From: Candidatus Woesebacteria bacterium
GTDB taxonomy: Bacteria > Patescibacteriota > Saccharimonadia > Saccharimonadales > EFPC-124
Assembly: GCA_050115675.1 (NCBI GenBank)
Contig: JASFQB010000003.1
Span: forward strand, 34,673-98,672
Direction of reading: 5' to 3'
Length of the DNA stretch: 64,000 nt
Shown here: piece after piece, positions 1-7,911 of the stretch
How the letters are laid out: each line of letters starts with the position of its first letter
How positions within the stretch are numbered: position 1 is the first letter of the stretch
Translations under genes and position numbers: made by a program
Notes under the pieces: generated by a model
What the model saw: only the letters and a program-made list of their open reading frames with translations
Told to the model about the DNA's origin: nothing
Database searches by the model: none

Positions 1-430
1 TTACAGGCGGCAGCTGAAAAAAATCACCGCACAAAATAACCTGCAACCCGCCAAAAGGCTCGTCATTCTGGCGCACAGTTTTTGCAATGTTATTTACCAA
101 ATCAAGGCGATAATCGTGCAGCATAGAGATTTCGTCAATAATAAGTACGTCAGCAGTTTGGATTGCCTCTATTCTGCCCTTTGTCATGGTGTCATAAAAG
201 TTACCAGGCAATTTACTATGCACGCCAATGCCGCTCCAGGCATGAATTGTTGTACCACTTAAATGCGTTGCAGCCAATCCTGTTGTGGCCGTAACCGCCA
301 AAACTTTACCATGCTTTTTTGCCAATCTAATAAATTCGTTCAAAACGTAAGTTTTACCCGACCCAGCAGGGCCAGTCAAAAATACGCTCTCGCCCTGCAA
401 CATTACCTCTAAAGCCAAAGATTGGTCCAT
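1..430 (-). CDS. PIF1/RecD-family SF1 helicase, N-terminal part (gene runs off the left edge)
   Basis: Own translation of the minus strand from ATG 430..428: MDQSLALEVMLQGESVFLTGPAGSGKTYVLNEF...DVLIIDEISMLH...VILCGDFFQLPPV. Walker A GPAGSGKT, Walker B DEISM and GDxxQLPPV motif. Absent from the ORF track because it is truncated. Confidence 0.8.
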   Translation of the reverse strand, partial: MDQSLALEVMLQGESVFLTGPAGSGKTYVLNEFIRLAKKHGKVLAVTATTGLAATHLSGTTIHAWSGIGVHSKLPGNFYDTMTKGRIEAIQTADVLIIDEISMLHDYRLDLVNNIAKTVRQNDEPFGGLQVILCGDFFQLPPV

Positions 431-462
431 ACTAGATAAGTATACATAATATAAGACCTAAC

Positions 463-508
463 CAAAAATAAAGCGCCCCACTTTGCGCAAAAAGCACGCA
501 AAGCGGGG
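463..508 (-). terminator. Rho-independent terminator (minus strand)
   Basis: 12-bp stem: revcomp of 497..508 (CCCCGCTTTGCG) pairs with revcomp of 476..487 (CGCAAAGTGGGG) with one G-U. Followed on the minus strand by CGCTTTATTTTTGG. Confidence 0.6.
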
Positions 509-617
509 CAGACACATATCAGTGACCAAAGAGGTTGAACTCACCATTCGACACGTTAAACACAACGATGCCGAACACCCTAAGAACAATCCACGCGCCA
601 TACACAGGCCAAAAGTC

Positions 618-725
618 CTAGCTTTGGCCGCAAGCGCCGTTGGCAACAAGCAAAGTGAGGCCAGCAGGAATTGCCAGAACAATAGCGTTCAGAATAATCA
701 CCAAGACAATCTCACCAAACGACAC
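618..725 (-). CDS. Candidate 35-aa hydrophobic peptide (very tentative)
   Basis: GTG at 725..723 preceded by GGAG (735..732, 6-nt spacer). Translation VSFGEIVLVIILNAIVLAIPAGLTLLVANGACGQS. Lies upstream of the 463..508 terminator. Too short for any homology argument. Confidence 0.2.
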   Translation of the reverse strand: MSFGEIVLVIILNAIVLAIPAGLTLLVANGACGQS

Positions 726-865
726 CAGCTTCTCCTATCTACTAGATGCATGCTAATTATATCACAATGATCAAAAAAATCAATTTTAAACTTCACAACT
801 AATTTCTAGTTAAAAAACGGCCAAAAGCAGTAAACAATTGACTCTTTGCTAGCTAGAAGCTAAAA

Positions 866-1609
866 CTAGTCAATTAATTCAAACGTCCCTGCCAAAACAT
901 CTAGCTGATCTTCGGTAGTAGCATCTGGCTCGCTTGCGTAAATATTTACACCATAATATTCGTTTGTAGGCTGAAGATTAAATCGATACACCTTGTAAGC
1001 TGGCGTGCCCATTAGTTCAGAAGCCTCTACGTTTGTAATTAGCGCCGTAGCATTGCAACCCTGCTTTTGTTCGTAAGGCGGATCTATCTTATAAAGATTG
1101 TGGCGCTCTTCGGTTGCTGCGCCGTCTGTGTAATTCCATAATTCAACAGTATAAAATTCACCAGCCGCCTCAAGATAGCCTGGCAGGTCAGTTACTATAC
1201 CTTCTCGGCCTCCAACTGCATAGTTTACAGCATTACCACCAAACCCAACACCTTCTTTTGCAGAAAAGCTACCTTGCACATAATTGCCAGACTCACTAGC
1301 TATTGGCGTTGTTGTAACGTTTACATCACCCCACTCGCTTGGGTAAGCAAATTTATAACCCAAATCAGCATTTTCGTAAAAAACATAGCCCTCAGGAACG
1401 ATATTTTCTGTACCATCAGTGCATGGGGCCTCTGCAACCAAACTGTAAGATTCCTCTGACGAAACATACTCTACTGCAATATCTTTAGGTTTAAGAAACA
1501 AGCTCCACACCAATGCAACAGCAAGTCCAAGCACAATAATTGACAGGGCAATAATGACGGCTATTGCCTTGTTGCTTTTTGGAGTAGCAGTAGCTAGTGG
1601 CTCATTCAT
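866..1609 (-). CDS. N-terminally membrane-anchored hypothetical protein
   Basis: 247-aa ORF with one N-terminal hydrophobic helix (AIAVIIALSIIVLGLAVALVWSLF) and a soluble Tyr/Gly/Glu-rich domain. No motif recognised. Confidence 0.6.
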   Translation of the reverse strand: MNEPLATATPKSNKAIAVIIALSIIVLGLAVALVWSLFLKPKDIAVEYVSSEESYSLVAEAPCTDGTENIVPEGYVFYENADLGYKFAYPSEWGDVNVTTTPIASESGNYVQGSFSAKEGVGFGGNAVNYAVGGREGIVTDLPGYLEAAGEFYTVELWNYTDGAATEERHNLYKIDPPYEQKQGCNATALITNVEASELMGTPAYKVYRFNLQPTNEYYGVNIYASEPDATTEDQLDVLAGTFELID

Positions 1610-1694
1610 ACTATTAATTATACCCTAGGCAATATAATAATAAAAACCTAACAATCCTAAGTATTTCTTCAGCCTAGTAGATTATAATTATGAT

Positions 1695-2624
1695 ATGATA
1701 AAAAAATCAGTTGCAATATTTATTTTTGTCATTATAGTCATTGTTGCAGCTGGTTTTTTGTGGTCCTCTTGGACAAAAAAGCCCGAAACAACAACCGCCG
1801 CCCTACAGCCACAGCCCGCAGCTCAAGAGCAAACAGTTGACCAAGAGCAAGAAATTAATGAAGTTCAAGATGGCCAAGCGGCCTTAATAGCACAAGAATC
1901 TGCCGAGCTACAGCAGATAGTAGACGATTTTAGCGCAAGCTATCCCAGCACCGTAAGAGTATCTGTAGTAGACCTAAGCAACGGCGCTTCGGCAAGCTAC
2001 AATCCCGACAAACGAACCGTCAGTGCTAGTTTGTATAAAATGTTTGTCGCTTATGGAATATACCAAATGATAGACAATGGCAGTTTATCTGCTTCACAAA
2101 ATATCTCTAGCTTGGGGTTATCCGTAAATCAATGCTTAAATCTTATGATTACAATATCCGATAACCCCTGCGGCAAAGCACTTGGCGGCATAGCTGGATG
2201 GAGCGAGCTCGACAAAGAACTCGCCCAGCAAGGATATTCCAACACAACGTTAGACAATTACGACGGTGCCGGAAACATCATTGACGATAAATACACCACT
2301 ACTTCTGATGCTACCTTGCTTTTAAAAAGACTCTACGAAGGCAATTTACTTGGCCAAGACAGCAGCGATAATTTTGTCTCACTACTAAAACAGCAAACCT
2401 ATAACGACTGGCTACCTGCCGGCCTGCCTGGCAGCGCAACAATTGCACACAAAACTGGCGCCTTGTACGGCTACGTACACGACGCAGGAATTGTTTATGG
2501 CAGCGGTCACGACTACGTCATCGTAGTAATGAGCGGAGAATGGAACAGCCCCGAAGCAACAGCACCACCGGTTTTTGCCGAAATATCTGGCAATATCTGG
2601 CAATATTTTAGCGAAAACTTTTAA
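1695..2624 (+). CDS. Class A beta-lactamase-fold serine hydrolase, membrane-anchored
   Basis: 309 aa with an N-terminal TM helix. The three active-site motifs occur in order: SLYK (SxxK), SDN, KTG (AHKTGAL). Confidence 0.8.
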   Translation: MIKKSVAIFIFVIIVIVAAGFLWSSWTKKPETTTAALQPQPAAQEQTVDQEQEINEVQDGQAALIAQESAELQQIVDDFSASYPSTVRVSVVDLSNGASASYNPDKRTVSASLYKMFVAYGIYQMIDNGSLSASQNISSLGLSVNQCLNLMITISDNPCGKALGGIAGWSELDKELAQQGYSNTTLDNYDGAGNIIDDKYTTTSDATLLLKRLYEGNLLGQDSSDNFVSLLKQQTYNDWLPAGLPGSATIAHKTGALYGYVHDAGIVYGSGHDYVIVVMSGEWNSPEATAPPVFAEISGNIWQYFSENF

Positions 2625-2840
2625 CTATTTTGCCTTGCCAATAAGCTTGAAGAACGGAAAAATCATGTACACAGCTGCAAGTCCAACTAATGCATAGACA
2701 ATCCGCGCCATAACAGAGCCTTCACCAAAGATTGAATCCACCAAATTAAATTCAAACAAACCAACCAAGCCCCAGTTAACTCCACCAACCACAACAAGTA
2801 CGTATCCAATTATGTCAGCTGTGTTTAACTTCATTTCCAC
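2625..2840 (-). CDS. DUF378-family small membrane protein
   Basis: 71 aa, two TM helices, characteristic GGVNWGLVG motif. Confidence 0.75.
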   Translation of the reverse strand: MEMKLNTADIIGYVLVVVGGVNWGLVGLFEFNLVDSIFGEGSVMARIVYALVGLAAVYMIFPFFKLIGKAK

Positions 2841-2952
2841 TCCTTTATCTTGTTAATCACAATTTCAATATACCACTGTGTTGTTATTGCAACAATACCC
2901 AAAGTACCTATCATTAGTGCCCTTACTGGCATCTTCCTGATAAAATATACTC

Positions 2953-3687
2953 ATGTACAGTTTTAGCCTATACGTCATATATTTTTACTTATATTCTTTT
3001 TTGGGTTGGATAAGTGAAACTCTTGTTTTTGCCATAACCGAACGCCGTTTTAGAAATGGAGGTTTTTTAAACATGCCAGTTTTGCCTGTTTATGGCGCTG
3101 GCGCCGTAGCGGTTATATACCTTGTGGGACCATACACTTACAACCCGTTTTTGGTTTTTGTTGCCAGCATAATAATTGCATCCGCAGTAGAATATATTAC
3201 ACACCTAACACTCGACAAGCTACTGCACGTTCAGCTTTGGAACTACAGTCATATAAAATTTAACCTGCAGGGACGAATCTGTCTTCAAAATTGCCTTGGA
3301 TTTGGAGCTTTGTCGCTATTAGTGCTTTATATTTTTCAACCACCGATATCTGGTTTTTTTGCCACTACACCACAATCTTTAATAATGTGGATTGCAATGA
3401 TTTTAATAACACTCAATATTATTGATCTATTTGCAACGATTCATACATTATTTACTATGAGTGCAACAAACTCACAAAATCAAAAAGAATCACTTATAGA
3501 TATTCAAAAAAGTATTACTCCCAAGCTAAAGGATATCGGACTGCTTCATAGCAAAACTCACAAAAATATTACAAAACTTGCAATTAATAAAGTTAACCGT
3601 CGTAACCTAAAGCGCTTGACTAAAGCGTTTCCATACGGATACGTTTTGCCTAAAAAACTTCGAGGTAAACCAACAACAAATAAATAA
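2953..3687 (+). CDS. Polytopic membrane protein (PF06541-like 'ABC-transporter type IV' family), Lys-rich tail
   Basis: 244 aa. N-terminal YLYSFLGWISETLVF...GGFLNMPVLPVYGAGA resembles that family from memory. Multiple TM helices. Confidence 0.55.
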   Translation: MYSFSLYVIYFYLYSFLGWISETLVFAITERRFRNGGFLNMPVLPVYGAGAVAVIYLVGPYTYNPFLVFVASIIIASAVEYITHLTLDKLLHVQLWNYSHIKFNLQGRICLQNCLGFGALSLLVLYIFQPPISGFFATTPQSLIMWIAMILITLNIIDLFATIHTLFTMSATNSQNQKESLIDIQKSITPKLKDIGLLHSKTHKNITKLAINKVNRRNLKRLTKAFPYGYVLPKKLRGKPTTNK

Positions 3688-3697
3688 TAGTTTCGTA

Positions 3698-3728
3698 GCC
3701 CGCCCTGCGGCATTTATGCAGGGCGGGC
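3698..3728. terminator. Perfect 11-bp GC hairpin between convergent genes
   Basis: GCCCGCCCTGC (3698..3708), 9-nt loop, GCAGGGCGGGC (3718..3728). The U-tract is weak on both strands. Confidence 0.5.
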
Positions 3729-3842
3729 TTGGTGTGGAATTACAGTGCAGATACGCGAGCGCCGCACAAATTGCGACAACCTAATCACGTCAACTGCCCT
3801 TCCTCTTAAGAGAGTAGCTACAAAACACAACTAGCACAAACT

Positions 3843-4694
3843 CTACGCGGCTAGTACAGCCGACCTAGACACAAAATTAGCCTTACGGGCGTCTTTTGTT
3901 GCTCTTGTCAATTTTTTTAGGCCTGCGCTTGTAAAATTATGAACACCATGCGGATTGAGCGGATCCCTTCTGTAGGTTACTACTCCTGTAGCATCAACGA
4001 CGTAATGACCATGCCCAATACCACTAGGCTTATCCTTTCCTCCAAAGTAGATATTAATAGTTCCGTCTGATTGAGCGGACATCCAGGTATTGTCTATATA
4101 TTGCTCTGGCACGCCAGCATATCTGGCGATAAAACGTCTGTCATTTTGCTTTCGCCTAGCCTCTTCTTTAAGCTGCTTGATGCGCGCTACGACTGCAGAT
4201 CTAGCAAGCTCAAAATCTGCAGAAGCTCTATCAAACAAAGCGCGCACTGCATCATGTTCAAATTTTGCCTGCTCGTATCTTGATCTTACCTCAGTATAAA
4301 TACGCATATTATCGCGAAAAACTCGCTTTGCATGTGCATACTGCACCGCTGGCTCCTCTGCAAGTTCGTCGATATCACGTAGTCTTGCACGAACCAGCTC
4401 AACACTCCAATATGCAGCATAAGTATCACTTACATTACTCGTTAACTGGTTGAGTTGCATATTAAGCACATCAGTCTGAAGTAGATTATCACTGCGCATC
4501 TTCTTGTAGTTACTGCACATCCGTCGTTGCAACGCATATGCATTTTGGCGATCATGATGTGCCCGAGATAGCTCGACGCTACACTGTTGATACAGACGCC
4601 AGGCAGCCTCTAGATCGCTTCGAGCCTTTTGCTTTCGCTGATGTGCTACATCTCGAGCAGATCGTAGATAATCCAATTCTACATCTCGTACCAC
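3843..4694 (-). CDS. Hypothetical coiled-coil protein with Gly/His-rich C-terminal module (GC-richer orphan)
   Basis: 283-aa ORF with GTG start at 4694 behind AAGGTGG. About 200 aa of Arg/Glu/Gln/Ala-rich helical sequence, then GTINIYFGGKDKPSGIGHGHYVVDATGVVTYRRDPLNPHG. No family recognised. Confidence 0.65.
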   Translation of the reverse strand: MVRDVELDYLRSARDVAHQRKQKARSDLEAAWRLYQQCSVELSRAHHDRQNAYALQRRMCSNYKKMRSDNLLQTDVLNMQLNQLTSNVSDTYAAYWSVELVRARLRDIDELAEEPAVQYAHAKRVFRDNMRIYTEVRSRYEQAKFEHDAVRALFDRASADFELARSAVVARIKQLKEEARRKQNDRRFIARYAGVPEQYIDNTWMSAQSDGTINIYFGGKDKPSGIGHGHYVVDATGVVTYRRDPLNPHGVHNFTSAGLKKLTRATKDARKANFVSRSAVLAA

Positions 4695-4989
4695 TTAACT
4701 CACCACCTTGGTGTAGATGTTCGCGCATCTGTTGATGCGTAGTGCATTTATAGCATAGTTTAGTATATTTTGGCAAATTCTACCCTTCACGCAAGCAACT
4801 TCATATTATATTTTGACTCGTAGCAAACCAACCACAACCACCCTTGTCTGCAAACTAAATTTGACCGATAAAGATGGCTTAAAGCGCAAGCCGGGATCTA
4901 TTTTCAAATTGAAGAAGTTGCAGGTTTACAACGAAAAACAAGCAAAAGATTCAAAGCTCATTATTGAACGTCTGGCAGAAAATTAGCAA

Positions 4990-5024
4990 AAAGAAACCCA
5001 CAAATGTTGGGGTTTCTTTTTTAT
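4990..5024. terminator. Bidirectional rho-independent terminator downstream of tRNA-Asn
   Basis: AAAGAAACCC (4990..4999) pairs with GGGTTTCTTT (5010..5019). T-run follows on the plus strand, and TTTTTGCTAATTTT follows on the minus strand. Confidence 0.65.
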
Positions 5025-5032
5025 TATAATTT

Positions 5033-5107
5033 TGGCTCCGGGGAGAGGGTTCGAACCTCCGGCCTAGTGGTTAACAGCCACCCGCTCTACCGCTGAGCTA
5101 CCCCGGA
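5033..5107 (-). tRNA. tRNA-Asn (anticodon GTT), CCA encoded
   Basis: Revcomp reads TCCGGGGTAGCTCAGCGGTAGAGCGGGTGGCTGTTAACCACTAGGCCGGAGGTTCGAACCCTCTCCCCGGAGCCA. It has a 7-bp acceptor stem, anticodon loop CTGTTAA and T-arm GGTTCGAACC. Confidence 0.95.
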
Positions 5108-5166
5108 ATACGATGGTTATTATAACTGTAAAATTACTTGCGGTCAATCTGGTTTTAATAAAAAAG

Positions 5167-5613
5167 CTACTTTAACGCAATAAGTCTTAGTTTAAACTCT
5201 TTTGCCACATCCTCAAAACCCAATACCTGCAGAGCACCAACTAAAATATAAAGTTGGTCTAAATCATCTGTGGTAATTGTTTTTTTAGACTCAACTTTTT
5301 TTAAACGCTGATCTATGCAATCTGTTAACCATTTTTCATGCTGAGCTGACATTTTTGTTTGCAGCTCTAATTTAACAGGAATATTAGAAGAAATATCCTT
5401 AACTACTTCTAGCGATCTTGCCGATTTATCGCGCTTGCGCAAGTGTCCTTTTGCAATAAGGTTGTCAATATGAGTTGCAACTGTAGAAACAGATTTATAG
5501 TTTAAAGACCTCATTATCTCGCGGTAACTGGGACCGTACCCATGACCGCAGATAAATCCATCTATAAAACTTAGTAACTCGCGCTGTTTTTTTGTTGGCC
5601 TTACTATACCCAT
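5167..5613 (-). CDS. LexA-type winged-helix DNA-binding domain protein lacking the S24 peptidase domain
   Basis: 148 aa. N-terminus PTKKQRELLSFIDGFICGHGYGPSYREIMRSLNYKSVSTVATHIDNLIAKGHLRK matches the LexA N-terminal domain. The C-terminal 70 aa are helical, with no Ala-Gly/Ser-Lys autoprotease motifs. Confidence 0.75.
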   Translation of the reverse strand: MGIVRPTKKQRELLSFIDGFICGHGYGPSYREIMRSLNYKSVSTVATHIDNLIAKGHLRKRDKSARSLEVVKDISSNIPVKLELQTKMSAQHEKWLTDCIDQRLKKVESKKTITTDDLDQLYILVGALQVLGFEDVAKEFKLRLIALK

Positions 5614-5636
5614 AGGTATGTATTATAACGCCAAGA

Positions 5637-5735
5637 TTATTCTTCTACTAAATTTTCTTCACTAATTTTACTTATGTCGTTAATTCGCTTCTCTACGTAG
5701 TATTGAAAGTTTAGGATTCTTGATTCTAGGCTCAT
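5637..5735 (-). CDS. Candidate 32-aa ORF upstream of the LexA-DBD gene (tentative)
   Basis: ATG 5735..5733 behind GAAGGAAAAAC. Translation MSLESRILNFQYYVEKRINDISKISEENLVEE. Ends 24 nt before the next gene. Confidence 0.2.
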   Translation of the reverse strand: MSLESRILNFQYYVEKRINDISKISEENLVEE

Positions 5736-5976
5736 TTTTGTTTTTCCTTCTTTTTTGTTTTTTTGATTTTGTTATTTCTTAATAACTTATTTTTAGCATA
5801 AGCGTTAAATAAAGTCAATACTTTTAACGAAATTAGTTAAATAAATCAGCTCTTTGTATACAACGTTTATGAAACTTGGCAATTATAAAACCAAGCCGTC
5901 CAATGATTTTGACAACACGTGCCGAACACGAGCATCTGTACGGCGGAAAATCATACTTGTATGTCAGGTAAGGCCC

Positions 5977-6003
5977 GGCCGGCTATGCAATATATAGCCG
6001 GCC
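5977..6003 (-). terminator. Perfect 10-bp hairpin downstream of gtrA-like gene
   Basis: GGCCGGCTAT (5977..5986), loop GCAATAT, ATAGCCGGCC (5994..6003). No clear U-tract on the minus strand. Confidence 0.4.
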
Positions 6004-6029
6004 ATAATTTTCATTCACATTATCCTAAT

Positions 6030-6497
6030 TTACATGCCAAATAGCTTTTTTTGCACCTGCCGCGGCCCTTTAAATACCCACAGCCTGTTAGCCGCGTAGT
6101 TCCAAAAGGTCATAAAAAACCAAACCACAAACTTACCAAGTAGCGGAGTTAGCCCTAACCAATTCTCCATCGCCCAAAGCATTATGTATGTAATTATCAA
6201 GTTAACTACCAATATTGTGGCGTAGCGCCAAACACTAGTAAACATACGCAGACCCTTGGCCTTGTCTTTGTAAACCCAAAATCTACTTAACAAATAATTA
6301 ACTATTAGACCAACAATGTATGCCGCAATCGTTGCAATAAGCAATCCCGAATTTGCGACCCAAAATAACATAAAAAAGGTAAAGTAATCTGCTGCAGATG
6401 TAGTCATTCCGGTCACAGAATATCTTACCACTACCCAAATCTCGCCCGACCTATATAATCTTATTACTTGAGGTGTTTTGTAATACGGTTGAATCAT
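6030..6497 (-). CDS. GtrA-family membrane protein
   Basis: 155 aa, four TM helices. RYSVTGMTTSAADYFTFFMLF... and C-terminal NRLWVF are typical of GtrA-like proteins. Confidence 0.85.
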   Translation of the reverse strand: MIQPYYKTPQVIRLYRSGEIWVVVRYSVTGMTTSAADYFTFFMLFWVANSGLLIATIAAYIVGLIVNYLLSRFWVYKDKAKGLRMFTSVWRYATILVVNLIITYIMLWAMENWLGLTPLLGKFVVWFFMTFWNYAANRLWVFKGPRQVQKKLFGM

Positions 6498-6498
6498 G

Positions 6499-7830
6499 CT
6501 AGTGCTTATTATATTTTACTTTGCCACCACTAGCCATATATAACCCCGCTAAAGCCCACCAAGTCATGCCAGTTGGATCATCCGCCCAAGTGTGCTGAAA
6601 AATACACATAAAAGTCAGGCCTATAAAGCTAATTAGCAAAATATGCGAGTTTGCGTCTTTGTTCTTAAGCAATTCTCGCGAGACAATTACGCAAATAACC
6701 AAAAATAAGCCCAAGCCAAGCACACCAACCTCTTGCCCAAGCTGCACAAAATAATCTTCGGTAATTATTGCCTGGCCATTATTGTAAAACGATGCAGGCC
6801 CAGCGTACCCCGGGCCATTACCAATTGGATTTTGCGCTATTCCCTGTATACCGCTAATTGTCGCCTGCCAATGATCTTCTGTTGAACCCTCAAATAAGTA
6901 TGGGTCACTTGGGCTAGAATGAAATATAGCCAGTCTTAAAGCTGGCACATTAACAGAAGCCCAAATTAAGACTCCCCCCGTAACTATTACGGGCAGCACC
7001 AGCAATTTTGCCCATTTTTCAACCTGAGCCATTGGCAACAACGTTACTGCACCAACAATTAGCATCAATACAGCCGCCAACCAGGCGCTTCGCGAACCAG
7101 TTAAGAATAACACTATCAACCCTAACGACAGCGAGCTTAAACTTAAAACCATGTTTTTTCGTTTTACAACGTTATAGCCAGCAAAAGCCAGCCCAATCAA
7201 CAAATACGCACCCAGGGTGTTTGGCCCGCGCATTGTAGCAAAGGCCCGCAAAGCATCTGGATTGTCATCTAGCACAATGTACGGCGCAATTGTCACCTCC
7301 TTGGCATAGCCAAAAGCCGACAAAAAATCTTTTGGTAGCAAGGTAACCTGCAGAATAGCCAGTACAGACAAAAATATTACAACTAACAGCAACCAAGCTG
7401 GAACCAATTGCTTAATTTTAGCAGCCCACTTATTACCACTTTCTATCAAAATTTGCGCCAGTAAAAACATAGCCAAAAACCTTAAGTTCATAGCCAAACC
7501 AACCAAAATGGCCTCTGTTGCGACCCTAGCTGTTGTCGCGGCTAAAACTACATTTACAAGCGCGAATAAAACTGCTACTTTGTTTACCAATCTGGCATAT
7601 AAAATTTTGTAGATTTCTGGCTTTAGGCAAAGATACAAAATAACCAACGGCACCAATAAAACCAGCCAAATTTCCTTCCACGACTTCCAAAATAACAGAG
7701 GTCCAATTGTAGTACCTAGCCATGTAGACAAAAATGCATGCAATGGCAGTAAGACTAAAATAACCACAAAACTAATTAGCATTATTGCTTCAATAAATTT
7801 TATAGTTCTTAGTTTGACAGACGCACTCAT
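6499..7830 (-). CDS. O-antigen ligase/polymerase-like (Wzy_C family) membrane protein
   Basis: 443 aa, more than 10 TM helices, central LTGSRSAWLAAVL motif and a large loop with HWQ. Confidence 0.8.
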   Translation of the reverse strand: MSASVKLRTIKFIEAIMLISFVVILVLLPLHAFLSTWLGTTIGPLLFWKSWKEIWLVLLVPLVILYLCLKPEIYKILYARLVNKVAVLFALVNVVLAATTARVATEAILVGLAMNLRFLAMFLLAQILIESGNKWAAKIKQLVPAWLLLVVIFLSVLAILQVTLLPKDFLSAFGYAKEVTIAPYIVLDDNPDALRAFATMRGPNTLGAYLLIGLAFAGYNVVKRKNMVLSLSSLSLGLIVLFLTGSRSAWLAAVLMLIVGAVTLLPMAQVEKWAKLLVLPVIVTGGVLIWASVNVPALRLAIFHSSPSDPYLFEGSTEDHWQATISGIQGIAQNPIGNGPGYAGPASFYNNGQAIITEDYFVQLGQEVGVLGLGLFLVICVIVSRELLKNKDANSHILLISFIGLTFMCIFQHTWADDPTGMTWWALAGLYMASGGKVKYNKH

Positions 7831-7911
7831 TAATTTAATGGTACAATTATATCAAGTAATTGCATACCCATTATCTAAAAATACCGGGTAACTTAAGCAA
7901 CAAGGAAACAT

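Noticed and set aside
458-682. 74-aa minus-strand ORF and 95-aa plus-strand ORF (483..770)
   Set aside because: The 74-aa frame reads straight through a strong terminator hairpin and is Cys-rich. The plus-strand ORF is basic and low-complexity and runs antisense to the better-supported small hydrophobic frames.
4813-4986. 57-codon plus-strand frame (TTG start) ending just before the 4990..5024 terminator (…KDGLKRKPGSIFKLKKLQVYNEKQAKDSKLIIERLAEN)
   Set aside because: The sequence is protein-like, but it has only a TTG start with no SD. The terminator is equally well explained as the tRNA-Asn terminator on the other strand. I did not call it, though it could be a gene remnant.
3690-5110. Possible tRNA-Asn-associated integrated element
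   Set aside because: I looked for a direct repeat of the tRNA 3' segment (TGGCTCCGGGGAGAGGGTTCGAACC) near 3700-3850 and for an integrase, and found neither. Only the composition and location hint remains; it is reported as a finding at modest interest.
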